Shown: positions 23,353 to 37,717, numbered from the stretch's first letter. The stretch: DNA of 64,000 nucleotides from Azolla caroliniana (GCA_043228905.1 JBHGNT010000017.1:2294001-2358000), one strand, 5' to 3'. Made by a program: numbers and translations. Notes: a model not told the origin generated them from the sequence alone.

Positions 23353-23701
23353 GATATACATATTACATATGTACATACATATTCCACATATCACCATATA
23401 TATATGCATAGATTGACCCATGCGTGATATGCGTGGTATTCGACATCCGCAATATTCGTAGTATTCGAGAATATAAAATTGCTCCAAGAATATATATATA
23501 TATATATATTCCAAAAAAACACTACTTCGCATTAGTTAGCAAACAAAATTACATCATAGAACACCCAAAGTTCCTCTCACCAGCCCTCACTCTGGCCTTC
23601 CCACGAAAGTGGACATAGTCCCCACCTCATTTTCAACAAACGTATCCAAACAACTCCAATAACCTAATAATTTGTACCATATCTATACAGATTTACAGCA
23701 C

Positions 23702-26700
23702 CTAGACGCTGTTGGAAACCGGAAACAGCCATCGGGGTGCTTGGTAGTTCCATTGAGGCCCTGATGATGATCTGCCCACCATAGGAGAATTACCCCATTT
23801 CAGCAAGAACTTTGATCGAGATCTTTTAGCTGCATCAGATTCCCCCTTAATTGAGTCGTATCGTCCCCGCAGCCAAGATACCAACTCAAACCAGATATTT
23901 AATAATACCTCACCGCTCGGGATCTTTTGTTGTTGAAAAACAAATTTACAACGGTTGGTCCAAATGTGCCAGACTGATAAACAAGACACCATCATCCATA
24001 TCTCTTCAAAAAATTCTGAGTTAGTGCCATGTCGAACTCCAACCCGTTGAAACACCTTGCCATCCTGCACTATAAAACCATGTCCGTGGGGGTTTAACTG
24101 TTCAGCCCAGCCTTCCCCTGTTAACTTCAGCCCTTGTACGGACCCCCATACAACTCTCCCATTCACTCCGCATGCTGCCACTATCCTGAGACTTCTACCC
24201 CAAATGTTAATAGCCTCGCTGCAATTCCAAAAACAATGAGGAATTGATTCCAAAGGGTGTCCACAACTTTTGCATCCAGCCTCACCACCACGACACCTAA
24301 GCCACTCCCCCACCGGCACCGCTTTGTGACTAAGAAGCCACAACCAAAGCTTTATTTTTTCTGGCATATCGAGCGCCCATAGCCTCCTCCAAAACGACTT
24401 CAACCAGTCATCAGAAATGCCTTTATCCTTCCAACTATTGCGAGTTAGGCCAGCACCCATCAATTTAGAGCCAATGATTTGCCTTCCTAGCTTGGTAGTG
24501 TACTCGAAAAACCGTTCAAGTTTGTCCGTTCCCGGTTTCTGCCACCACACCTCTAGTGGATCCCAATCCAGATCACATATGGGCTTGTTGTCAACTATCC
24601 AGAGTTTACGATCAGATTCCAGCTTCCCTGGGTCCGGGTTTACTTGCCACTTCTTACCTTCCAACATTGCCACTCGCACTGCCAACCACTGGCCATTGTC
24701 TGCCAAAGCACTTAGATTGCCCCACAAACGATACTCATTAGATGGGCACCTGCCTCGGATAATTTGTGCATCGCCCTCACCTACAAACCACCCACACCAG
24801 ACCCCCTCTTCTTCATTCAGCCTAGCTAGACCATCAACAGCCTTATCTATCAAGTGGGTAACCTTCTCCAGCCTGCCGGTAAATCTAGGACTTCCAACCA
24901 GACCCTCCCTTCTTCTCCTTTTGAACTCCTCCTAGTCTCTTACTGAACTAACATTGTACCCTACCATTTTTCCCCATGGCAAGTATTTTTTCTGACCAAG
25001 CATCATACCATCATCACTTCGAATCCTGGGGTTCCAAAACAGAGGTTGACGGAGTTGTTCCTCCATTGTTTTTGGCTGCATTAAGACCAACCCCTCTCTT
25101 AAACTTGACCAGGCCCTCATTATGGTGCGGGCCACCCTATCCTCCATGCTAGTAGGTTCTTTTAACGTTAGGCCTGGACTGAACAACCACCACATCTTTG
25201 CCTTCCAAGGGCTGCCATTCCTCGAACTCCAGAGTTCAGCTCTGTCTCTAAGAAGCAATTTCCACAATTCTGGTCCAGGTTGGAGACTTCGCACCAAGAG
25301 CTTACCAAGTAAAGCCTTACTTTGGTGAACTGGATCCACCATCCCAAGTCCACCTTGACTTTTTGCCTTGATCAAACAACTCCAGGCCACTTTAGCTGAA
25401 GTAGTCTCATGGTCTCTACCCGACCAAAGGAACCCTCTCACCATTGCCTTAATATTTTTTATGCACTCTTTATCTAACATCCAGCATGCCAACGAGTGCC
25501 ACATGGTGGCCAACAAAATATGGTTTACCACAACCACTCTACCTGCAAGGGAAAGCTTTACTGATGCCCATAACCGAAGCTTTTTTCTGATTTTGTCTTT
25601 CACTTGCTCAAGTTGCTGATTTTTCTGAATCTCTATTCCCACCAAAAAGCCCAAATACTTAACAGCCCTTCCATTAGGAACCCATTGAAAATCAGCATTA
25701 GGTTGCCAATTCGGCCAAGAGTTTGGACTTACCCAAAACCCTCTACTTTTGTTCCAATTAATTTTCCCACCTGATGCTTTACAGAACAACTCAATTCTAT
25801 TTTCAGCTTGCTGTAAATTAGCATCATTGCCTTGCAGATAGAGCATGGTGTCATCTGCATACATGGAGTCCAACAAGTCCTTACAAGCATGTGGGACAAC
25901 CAACCCCCGAATTCCTGCATCCGGTCTATTTAAAAAGAAAGAGAATGCCTCTGAGATAAATAAATAAAGGTAGGGGGCCAATGGGCACCCCTGTTTGACA
26001 GACTTGCATAGTGGAATTGATGGGCCCCGTTGCCCTAGTACCAACACTACTCAAGCTTCCTTTGTAAAGCGCCAACGCAGCTGCTCTCCATTTTGAGGGT
26101 AGTCCCAACCGCTCCATGACTTTGTCTAAAAAAGGCCATTGTACTCTATCATATGCCTTCTCAAAGTCAAGCATGAGGCATGCAATATGTTGATTGGTTT
26201 TCTTCGCCAGGGCAATCGCTTCCCAAAAGGTCAACACATTATCAATTATACATCTATTTTCCATGAATCCTGTTTGTCCCACATTAATTAGCGCATGTAG
26301 GTGGGGTTTGACCCTCTTGGCCAGCATATTGGCAAAAATCTTATAGATTGTGTTGAGCAACGTAATCGGTCTCCATTGCCTCACATCTGATACTATACCC
26401 TTTACCTTAGGAATTAGAAATATTAGTCCCTCTTTAAAATGTTTAGGGAGGTACCCATCATCCCATGCCTCATTTAGTCCAGCAACCAGGTCAACCTTAA
26501 TTATTTCCCAAAATTTTTCATAAAAATCTTTTGATAATCCATCGTCTCCTGGACAAGACGTTCTACATATACTTGCCAGAGCATCTGACACCTCCTCTTC
26601 CAAGAGTGGCCCTGACAACTTAACTTGTGCAACCTCTGAAATTCTTGGTTGCATTCCCTCCAATACAAATTCTGCCAGTGAGGGCTGGTCTGGGAGACTA

Positions 26701-28076
26701 TAATTATTTGATAGTAGCCCATTATAGTGAGATGTGACTGCCTCCATGATCTCCGATACATCTTCTGACAGTGAACCATCCTCCTTGATCAGTTTAGGAA
26801 TGAAGTTACCAATTATGCTCGGTTTTTTAAACTTAAAAAATTGTTGGTTCACCTTGTCCCCATTCCTGCTCCACCAAGCTGCTGAACTCCTGAATACCAT
26901 CTTATTTCTTGACACAATCAGTCGCTGTATTGTTTCTTTGGCAGCCTCCAAACCTGATCTTGACCAAAGACACTTGGGATTTTTCTGGAGCATTCTTTGG
27001 GCAGCCGCTATCGATCTTCTTAGTCTCACCTCTCTTTCCTTAGATCTCTCCAATCTATTTTTAGTCTCTTCATGCAAATACTTTGAAGTTTCAATAATCT
27101 TTCCTTGAAGATTATCCAAAGCACCACAACCAGCTAGATTATTTTCCCATATACTCCTTATCTTACTTCTCACCTCCACATCCTCAAAAAGCTTATTACT
27201 AATCCTTAAGTTGCAGTCCCTTTTGTTCAACCTCTGAGTGACCAACGTAATCGAAACCGGCATGTGATCAGAGTAAGCTGAACCTGCGATGATTTCAACA
27301 TTGCTGCCATATTTTTCCAATTCCGAGCTTATGTATATTCTGTCTATGCGAGACATACAATAGCCATTTATATTACAACCTTCTCTTGAGAAGGATAATG
27401 AGCTCCGAGGCTTTTTTAGTACATACCAAGCATCTTTCACTCCCATTCTGCCCATCAACAAATCCCATGCAACTAGCTCTGACCCCTGCACCGTCGTATG
27501 CATGCCCCCCACCTTGTCTTCTGCGTGCATAGTCATGTTAAAATCCCCTGCGAGGATCCATGCATCTGCCATCGGCAATCCATCAGCCAATTGCCTCCAA
27601 AAAAGGGCCCGCATCGTTGTCGAATTGGGCGCGTACACATTTATTATTCCAATGATACGTTGTTGCCATCTGATTGTCACATAGATGGCACGTCCCTCCA
27701 TGATGGTGCCTTGGCCCACAACAATTATATCTGGATTATTCTTAATAGATGTACAAACACCCCCTTTTCTACCATGCTCACCTTGCGCTGGGGACCAAAT
27801 AGTATGCCAATCCCCCGCTAGAGGATTGCCAATACTCGAGATTCTGTTCGCACTCAAATGGTGCTCTTGCAAGAGCAAAATGTCTGGGATCCCCCTAAAG
27901 CTAGGGGATTTGAACTCTTGGCGGAGGTTCTTCCTCTCCAACATACATTTACTACCGCCTAGACCTTGTATGTTCCACGTGATTAATTTCATGAGAACAA
28001 TTGTGAGGTCTCCCAAGCTGGACATAGTCCCTCCCCACGAGCCCATGCCCAACCTCCCGACTTGATCCTCTCCCAT
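23702..28076 (-). pseudogene. LINE ORF2 (APE endonuclease, reverse transcriptase, zf-RVT-like region) with a frameshift and a stop
   Basis: ITWNIQG, LLQEHH, NVYAP, GDFN, SRIDR, SDH, WRPITLLN, LDFEKAYD, QGCPLAP, YADD and CKSC..ESIPHCFWNC motifs, split over ORFs 25926-28076, 24932-26047 and 23702-24853. Confidence 0.93.
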
Positions 28077-30283
28077 CCTAAAACAACATCTTTCCTTGTA
28101 GCTTCAGCCATTTCCTCCTCATGGAAGTGCAACACCTCATCAAGAGGGTCTATCATCTCCTCTAGGCCTAGTAAAATCTGTTTTTTAATGCAAGAATTAT
28201 GAAAACTCCCGCATATCATTCCAGCATTCAGCCACATCAACCTCCAATTATCTCCATTCCAATTGATAGGTAGGCTGCGAAAGTATTTGTGTGCCTTGAC
28301 TTCTATAAAGTTGGAGATCCGTGGCATGTTACTAGTTGTAACCTCTAGGTCTGTTAGATCAAAAGAGAAGCCTATAGTCGGCAGCTTGTTTCGTTCACCA
28401 ACAATTACATAAACCCTTAGCCCTAGAGCTTCCCCTTGTGACAAATCCGTCAATCTTGTGAGAGCTTGCTGACTAAACCTATATCCCTTGTCCAGCATGT
28501 CCCCTTCCAATATTTTTGACCTAACAAATTTGATTGGAACTCTAACATTTGCCTCCTTACTTCTTTCTCCCACTGCATGCAACTTAATTTCAGGAGCGTT
28601 GGGTGAGCTTTCTTGACATCTCCCATTACGCAGCCAGTCTTTCATTGCTCTCAGTCCCATACTTCCACTTTTACCAATAGAGGAAGGGGAGCCCATGGTA
28701 GATTCTTGTCTAAGTGTTCCACTTTTTAACATGACCTCGGGTGTACATACTACCACCTCTTCAACAATAGTTTTCTTTGAGTCTTGTGCTAGGTCCTCCT
28801 CTTCTTGCAACACTTCAAAACAATTTCTCAAATCTGCATGAGGTGTATTCGTGTTTACTTCTCGTTGCAAGCCATTTTTCCGTCCCGAAACACGAGTCCA
28901 GCCATTTGCACTATTGTTCGGCTTCTCAGCCCCAATGAGGTTGCTCAATCTTGACTCCCTTATCGGTTCTTGCTTATCTAACAACCCAATATCCTTCTCC
29001 CCCCTTACATTTCTATTAATCTTCCTTGGAAATTCCTTGGCAATGTGGCCCTTTCTTTTACAATAGAAACATTGGCCAGGTAAACCCTCATATTCCACAT
29101 CCACATCTATCAATCTTCCCTCCACATCATGCACTCTAATTAGGGAGGGAAGTGTGGACAAACTTTGCACAAGCACCCTAATCTTAGGGGAGTCTCGGAT
29201 TTTGTCTACCATGGATGCCTTGGAAGGACAAATTGTGCCAATCTTCTCCCCAATATTTTGCATCAACGGATATAAGTGTCGAGGCAGATTAGGGAATACC
29301 ATAAATATCACCATGGGATTACCAATTTTCTTAGCCTCATCCATAACATTGAAATTAGCATGCCACTCCAACAACAGAGCTCTTCCGTATTTGAGTTCTA
29401 CACATTTCATATTGATAATTTGCGATACATCACTCCCTTCGTTCACTTCAATGTGAAAGAAATTTCGACCCATATTATCCACACTCTTTATATGTGGGAC
29501 CTTATCCATTAAAGCTACTTGTAGCATATCACGGACCACACCTCTATTGGGCCTACCACCAAATAGCTTACAAATGAACGAACATTTCTTTAATCTTTTG
29601 ATCTCAGCATTTAAGATTGTACTTTCTTCTTCGAACAGAAAAACATCCAATACATCGGAAGTCTCCACCATTTTCAAATCCTTATCATCATCTCCTCTCG
29701 TGCATGTATTATGTGCATTCTGTGCCTGACCACATTCATTCAAAAGATTTTCCACTTGTAACGTGTACCTTGTGGCCTCACTCTCCACCATAGGCAACCC
29801 ATGAGACGATCCTCCTTGCAATCCCCGCGGCCCCTCTTCTACTTCCTCTTCATCCATTTGCCATGATGCAAGGTTGGCCTGATCTCCTCCAGCTTCTTGC
29901 TTCCGTGCATCTACTTTCCAAACCTCCGATTCTCCCCACACTCGTGAATCCTCATTGCCATCATCTGCAAAGAGGGTTGTAGCCATACTGCTGGAAGGAG
30001 CCCTAATCATCTCTTTCATCCATCCCCTCTTATCTGTCTGATTCACCGAATCCTTACCTATCCTACCAGCACCTCCATCAATATGATTCCCTACGACTTT
30101 CCAAGCGTCACTTGTTTCCTTATGTTCCAAATTCCCAACTTGCTGCTTCTCGCGGCCATTAGCCATCCTTTGTAGTGCATACCTCGACTCCACCCACCGC
30201 ACGGGCGGCACCCTTGCCGCTGGTACTTTAATCGATGACATTGAGTCTGCTTTACCACCCTCAGATGGCTCCCTTGCCACCAT
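27989..30283 (-). CDS. LINE ORF1 protein (DUF4283-like region and zinc knuckle)
   Basis: 764-aa ORF directly upstream of ORF2, containing VEYEGLPGQCFYCKRKGHIAKE, typical of plant L1 ORF1. Confidence 0.85.
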   Translation of the reverse strand: MVAREPSEGGKADSMSSIKVPAARVPPVRWVESRYALQRMANGREKQQVGNLEHKETSDAWKVVGNHIDGGAGRIGKDSVNQTDKRGWMKEMIRAPSSSMATTLFADDGNEDSRVWGESEVWKVDARKQEAGGDQANLASWQMDEEEVEEGPRGLQGGSSHGLPMVESEATRYTLQVENLLNECGQAQNAHNTCTRGDDDKDLKMVETSDVLDVFLFEEESTILNAEIKRLKKCSFICKLFGGRPNRGVVRDMLQVALMDKVPHIKSVDNMGRNFFHIEVNEGSDVSQIINMKCVELKYGRALLLEWHANFNVMDEAKKIGNPMVIFMVFPNLPRHLYPLMQNIGEKIGTICPSKASMVDKIRDSPKIRVLVQSLSTLPSLIRVHDVEGRLIDVDVEYEGLPGQCFYCKRKGHIAKEFPRKINRNVRGEKDIGLLDKQEPIRESRLSNLIGAEKPNNSANGWTRVSGRKNGLQREVNTNTPHADLRNCFEVLQEEEDLAQDSKKTIVEEVVVCTPEVMLKSGTLRQESTMGSPSSIGKSGSMGLRAMKDWLRNGRCQESSPNAPEIKLHAVGERSKEANVRVPIKFVRSKILEGDMLDKGYRFSQQALTRLTDLSQGEALGLRVYVIVGERNKLPTIGFSFDLTDLEVTTSNMPRISNFIEVKAHKYFRSLPINWNGDNWRLMWLNAGMICGSFHNSCIKKQILLGLEEMIDPLDEVLHFHEEEMAEATRKDVVLGWERIKSGGWAWARGEGLCPAWETSQLFS

Positions 30284-30843
30284 GTTTTCTTGTATCCCGC
30301 TGCCCTTAGGCTCCCTTATCCTCTGGTGCTCTACACTCAGTCTTATTCCCTAATAAGGACGTAACTGACACTGTAGGGGTAGGTAAACTCACAAGCAATG
30401 TGGTTCATTCGAGGCACTCTGTGTAGCCGAACAGCCTCTGACGAGCGGCCGAGATCTTGGACAGCGGCACACAGGTAGCCAGCGCGCGCGTTCCTCACCG
30501 TGCTGCTCCTGCTCGCCATTTCCTCTTCTCGCCATGCTCTGCTCCTGCTCCTCCCATACTGTGTATTTGGTTTTTTCAACAATATCAATGCTCCAAGAAT
30601 ATTATAAAACCATTCGTTTATGGAGAATAAATTTACATAATAAAAATTATTCAATTCACTTAAAAAAAAAAAAAAAAAAAGAAGGAAAAATCACCAATTA
30701 ATAGAAAAATGGAAGGTCTTCAAAATCACACTAACATAAGAAAGAAAAGTTTTAATTAAAGCGATTATGAGCCGTTATATTCTAATTTCTAAGTTCTAGG
30801 TTCTAACTTCTAACTTCTAAGTAATGCTTCGAAATTTAAGAAT

Positions 30844-33687
30844 CTATGCACTATCACATTCATCATCCGTATCTTCAAGCTCATCCCTAATGTCGTTATG
30901 AGCTTCATTTTCATCAATAGCTTGATTTTGCATTCTCAAAAGTCTCTCATCATCTTCTTCTTTGTTGATCATATCTAATGTTGCTTCAATTAGGCATAAT
31001 CCCCTTTCCTTTATTCTTCTAATGAGACAATGATTTGTATGTATGTAAACCAATTTCTCAACATGAGCATGAGTCAATCTATTTCTTTTTTTTGTATGTA
31101 TCGATGAGAATGTACTCCAATTTCTTTCACAAGAAGATGCACATGAACCTTGAGAAAGCACACGAATTGCAAGCCTTTTTAAGTTTGGAGTGCTTGCTCC
31201 AAATGTTTCCCACCACTTAATTGCATCATGCATTCTAGTTGGATCATTTGCCATAGGAACTTGAAATGAACTCTTTTGTCGAGTTTTATAAGCATAGAAT
31301 TCATCTAATAAAACACCACATAAAGGTATATCACCATTAGTATACCGCATAATAGTTTCCATCCAACTTGTATTCAGCTTCTCATCAATATCTTGAATTT
31401 TTTCTCTCCAAATTGGATGCAAAATAAAGCCAGTTGCATGCAATGGTGAATGTAGCATTGTCCATCTTTGCATACATATTCCCCGAATTTCATCAAGCAA
31501 TAAACGATCTACATCTTCAATGTGGTTTATTTCTTCTATCATACGATGAGTACATTCATAAATTAAACCCATGGTTGCACCTTCTCTATCCGCCAATCTA
31601 AGAACTTTTAGGATAGGCTTGCATATCTTTATGATCTTCTTTATATTTACCCAAAAAGAAGCATCAAGTATAATTGAAACTATTTCTTCTCCTAGTTGTG
31701 TTTTTGATCCTTTCCATTGACACCATTGTTCACTAACCACCATTCTTCTTAATCCACCTTTGACTCTATCATCCAATAAGTTTGACAACATGATAAAACT
31801 ATAGGCAAATCTAGTAGTGGAAGGCTTTAACAATTCTTTCTCGCTAAACTTACGAAACATTGCCAAAGAATATTGTTTTCGTGTAATAAACACGATTACC
31901 TTTGTAGCTAATTTCAAAACATCATGAACCCAAGCACATTTTCCAATATCTTCAAACAACAAATCGATGCAATGACACGTGCATCTGGTAAAAAAGATCA
32001 TGGGCCACTCTTTCTCTATCATCCTCCCAGCTACTACACAATTAGTTGCATTGTCCATACAAACTTGCACAACATTTGATGGGCCAATATCAAGAATAAC
32101 ATCCTTTAAAATCTTAAAGATATACTCTCCCGATTTATATTCTCCACTAGTGTCAACTGATTTCAGAAACACAGTGCCATACGCAGAAGTAGCCATGACA
32201 TTAATTATTGGTCTATTCTTGGTATCTGACCAACCATCGCTCACAACAGTGCATCCAATAGTTTTCCATTTTTCTCTAATTTGCATAATCTCATTTTCAA
32301 CATATTTCACCTCTTCATTCAAGTGCCTTTTGCGCAATTGATAAGGAGATGGTGGCTCATAAGATGGCCCAGCAAGTGCCACAGCTTTTATTAATTCACG
32401 AAAATATGTACTTCCCACTTTTACATCCGGTGTCGTAGTGTATTTCGTACACTACGTGAAAAAGTAAAAATAATATAACCGATTTAATTACATATAAATA
32501 AATAAAATAATATATCAAGATACTTATCACATGCATAGGGCAAGATTTGAACCTTGTACCTCCACGTAGCCAAACCTCAACTTTACCATTATGCTACTTT
32601 ATCTTTAGTGTTCTACAAATAGATTTAATAACTATAAGTGCTTTATTTGCGCCTACCTTTATTAAAAGGTAAATCATGCATTTTTAGAGTGCGTGAATAT
32701 TTTATAGAAAAACGCAAGCAACTAAAAAAGTGACTCATGCACATCTAGCGTGCATGAGCACTATATTTAGCAAATAAAAGCAAGGATTAGAAAAGCATCA
32801 CATGCACATTTAGTGTGCATGAACATATTAGAAAAAGCATGTAGTTATGCTTAGTCTCTCCCATCACTACATAAGGATGGGGAGCACAATGTAATAGGTG
32901 TGTGAAATATTTGGAAATTGGATATATTTCCGAAAACACCAACCGATTAATATAATCGTGGGATTCACGAAAATAATATAATCTATACTTGTGGGATTCA
33001 CAAGTTTCTTATATCTTTCTTTCAATCTAAATACATATTCTTATCTAAATATTGATTAATCGAATACAATACACTCGTGGGATTCACGAAATTTCTATCT
33101 CTCTTTCTAATAATCTATTCATTACTAGCCTCATCTCATATTCTTCTTTCTCCTAGTCCAAAACCTCAGTGGTTCCCACCCGACTCACGCAAACGATCCG
33201 GAGTCGAAAGGCACGACACCGGTATATCCTCTACCAAAAAAAACCTCTTGATTGCTTCATCAGCATTTTTATCAAGTTGCTTTTGCCATAACATCTTCAA
33301 AGGTTCAACATTGTCTACTTTCATCTTTTTACTTGTTGATGCATTACCAAACGATGATGAAGACATTTCATTGATAGATGTTGATTCCATATTCATATCA
33401 ACATTTGTGCTACAATTTTCAGCATTGCATTCCATTGATGACTCATCATTCATGTCAACATTTGCACAACCAGATACCATTTTTTGTACTTCAACTTTTA
33501 TAACAGCATCAATTTGACGGCATTTGTCAACACCTAAACCTTTCAAGCCCAACAAGCGAGCTCTGATTCGAAAGGGGCCACCAACAAATACATGGTGACA
33601 ATGATTGCATTGAACAACAGGCATACCCTTATCATGTTTTCTCAAAACGGCCACATGATTCCATTCGAAGCTCTTTTGTTTCACCAT
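30844..33687 (-). pseudogene. hAT transposase (BED finger, DUF659-like core, hATC dimerisation region), interrupted by an insertion
   Basis: WNHV..CNHC BED-like motif, SDGW, MDNATNC, CTCHCIDL, TTRF, WWETFG and ASSCERNWS. Removing 32431-33218 plus one TSD restores the frame (EDIPDVKVGSTYF). Confidence 0.92.
32431..33218. mobile_element. 788-bp TGTCGT...ACGACA element (solo-LTR-like), copy 1
   Basis: 4-bp TSD CCGG at 32427-32430 and 33219-33222. Homologous to 45866-46593. Non-coding. Confidence 0.85.
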
Positions 33688-34963
33688 TTAGTAAATTAAC
33701 CTTCAGCTGATCCTGAAAGAGATTAATTTGATACCTAAAAATGAATTAAAACCTTTCTTATCCAAAATCTTCATTAATCCTATCTCTAATTAAAATTTAT
33801 TATGATTGCATAATCCTACAATGCTAGCATGAATAAATCACAGAAGATTGGACAACATTGAGATGAGAAGAGAGACTTAATGAGCTTTGCCAAAACCCTA
33901 ATTTTTAGGGAAAAATTTTAAGAGACTTTTTGATCCAAAATCTTCATTAATCCGGCCTCTAATTAAAATCTAATTAAGTTTGGATGATCCTACAATGCCT
34001 CTAATTAAAATCTAATCTTATGATCATTGCATGAATAAATCATGGATTATTGGACAATTAAGAAGAGAGACTTATCGAGTTTTGCCCAAACCCTAATTTT
34101 CTTTATGAAATATATAGAAAGAGGTCTCAAATAGAATGCCTCCACAACCAATTTACTCGGGATACTATGACTAAATTATGCAACAAAATACACTATATTA
34201 AATGACCCAATTGATAAAAAAACCCATAGGCTATAGCATATTCATAATCCATGCAATTATTTTCAATATGTTTTCATCACCATAGCTCCTAACATCTTCA
34301 TATTCCATGGAGTTATTTCCATATGATCCTGATTCCTCATCATTACCAAGCATAGGTGGGGAGAAATTCATTATCCAGACACAATTATCAAAAGCAAGAT
34401 ATGCAACGGGGATTGATCCGAATTTGAGGTAACTATATAATGACCACATTTGGGCCAAACAACGAAATCTGCCATATAACTTTGAAAAAGCATGTCAAAT
34501 ATAAACCCTAAATCCTAAACCACACACACAAGCATCAAGAAATACTAGTCAAATTTGAGCAGCCAAGAGACATAAGAATTTAAATAGAAGATTATATGAA
34601 TTTATGAAAGGAGGTTGGGACATCAAACATCACAAAGTATGAGGAAATGTAGAAGAGAGACAGTCTTACCGAGTTTTGCCCGACTTTTGCTTGAGTGTAT
34701 GTCTTACACAGGAGGAGGAAAGGATGGAGTCGAACCCTAAATTTCGAGGAGCCGAGGTTTGATGTTGTTCCCTGTTGATTTCTGATTGCTATTCCCTGCA
34801 GAGCTCTTCTCTATTCGCTACTCGTTGAATGCATTTTTTCAAAAAAAAAATTAGGGAAAAAAAGGGGAAAAAAAAAGTTAACGAATATTGGAAGAAATAT
34901 TCTTATACGTATTCGTTGGTATTCGTGGGGGAGGCCCCACCAATGCGAATATCTCAATCTATG

Positions 34964-35376
34964 TATATATGTATAGATTATACTGGACCATACAAACCAC
35001 AATACTTATATATATACATACTACACACACACACATTAGATATATGTATACTTACACACACATTAGATATGTATATGTATACTTACACAAATAAATTAGA
35101 TATTACATAGCACATAATCCATACCTATTACACAATATACAAATTTACACATGCATAAATTACATATATACATACATAGATATATACATATTCTACATAT
35201 CACCATATGTATGGATCATACTAGACCATACAAACTACAATACTTACATACACACACACACACACATTAGATATATGTATACTTACACATACATTGGATA
35301 TATAGATGCATATTACGTACATACATATGCTACATATCACCATATGTATGGATCATACTAGACCATACAAACCACA

Positions 35377-35410
<34 letters not shown>

Positions 35411-37496
35411 TAGATATATGTATACGTACACATACATTGGATATATAGATGCATATTACGTACATATTACAAACATACATCCATATACGAGCCATATACA
35501 TATGTACTAAACATGAAAATATCCCAAAAATATACATACATAAATACATTACATATATACACGTACATACATTCATACATTTACATATATATGACCACAT
35601 ACATACACACACACACATACATTAGATATATATGCACATATTACAAACATATTCATACTCATTAAATCATGTATATTGACATATACATATATGCATACAC
35701 ATACATACATTACATATGTACATACATATTCCACATATCACCATATATATATGTACATATGCCTACAATGTTAAAAGTTTTACAAACATACATCCATACA
35801 CATATATACATACATTACATACATGCATACACATAAATATGTTACATACACATACATACATACATTTCATCACAGACTACAATACATACATGTATACTTA
35901 CACATACATAAATATTATGAACACACTCATGTATGCATAGTACACTATTACACATACAAACATACATGCATTGCATATTACATATATATACATATGTACA
36001 TGCATACATGTACATTCATGCGTGTACATACATACATTGCATATGCATATATTACAATCACATTCATATACATTGAATCATGTACATTGTCATATATATG
36101 CATACACATATGTACATTCATACATGGACATACCTATATTCATTTACATATTGCTATTGTCTACATATACATAAATATTACAATCACACATCCATACACA
36201 TTGAATCATGTACATTGTCATATGGATATATGCATACACATACATACATACATACATGTATGTGTACATACATACATTAGATATGGATATATGCATACAC
36301 ATATGTACATTCGTATATGGACATACATATCTTCATTTATACATTGCTACACATACATACACATATATACATCAGATATCTACATAGATATTATTCATAT
36401 ATTACAATCACACATCAATACACATTGAATCATGTACATTTGCATATGCATATATGCATACACATACATACATACATACATGACATATGCATATATGCAT
36501 ACACATATATACATTCGTACATGGACATACATATAGTCTTTTATACATTGCTACATGTACATACACATACATACATACATACATACATACATGACATATG
36601 CATATATGCATACACATATATACATTCGTACATGGACATACATATAGTCTTTTATACATTGCTACATGTACATACACATACGTACATACATACATATATT
36701 AGATATATACACACATACGTGTATATATATATATACACCTACATATAGTCTTCTATACATACACACACATTACATATGGATATATGCATACACATATGTA
36801 CATTCGTACATGGACATACATATATTCATTTATACATTGCTACATATACATAGATATTATGCACATATTACAATCACACATCCATACACATTGAATCATG
36901 TACATTTGCATATGCATATATGCATACACATACATACAGTCTTTTATACATTGCTACATGTACATACACATACATACATATTACAAACAAATATCCACAC
37001 ACACACACACATACAAATATACATACATTACATATTACATATGTACATTCATATATTCATTCATTCATGTTTATTCATTGAAGCATACATATTTTATGCA
37101 TACATTACATATATATATATATATATATTCATTCATTCATGCATACATTATGTGCACATACATACATAACATACATTCATACTAAACATACATTCAAACA
37201 TTCATGTTTTTTTATTTAGATATTTGCCGCCTCCTCCTTTGCTCCCTCCTCTTCTCTGCTCATTTCTACGATTGCTTCTTCTCCCCTTCTTTTTGTCCTC
37301 GTTTTGCCACCGCCGCCACCGCCACCGCTCGCCTTGTCGTGCCGCTTTTGCTCACCATTATTCTCTGTTGGGGCTGCCACAACTACTCTACAAATATTTT
37401 ACAAGTACACATAAGTACAAACATAAACCAACACATAAATTCTTAGCCACACACACACACACGTACATACATACATACATACATACATACATAAAC

Positions 37497-37531
<35 letters not shown>

Positions 37532-37679
37532 CGGGCCATACATACAATAAACGAAATTAATACATTACAATACAATATGTACATATATACACACATACCT
37601 ATATACACATACATACACATTTACACATATAACACATACATACAATACAATATGTACACACATACATACATACATACAT

Positions 37680-37717
<38 letters not shown>

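Larger units (their letters stand above)
23494..30588 (-). mobile_element. Full-length L1-type LINE inserted in the hAT
   Basis: 14-bp TSD TGCTCCAAGAATAT at 23480-23493 and 30589-30602, a (TA)n 3' tail, and both ORF1 and ORF2. Confidence 0.9.
23407..34963 (-). mobile_element. Autonomous-type hAT transposon with two nested insertions
   Basis: Termini CATAGATTGA (23407) and TCAATCTATG (34963). Perfect 8-bp TSD TATATATG. Encodes a hAT transposase. Confidence 0.9.
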
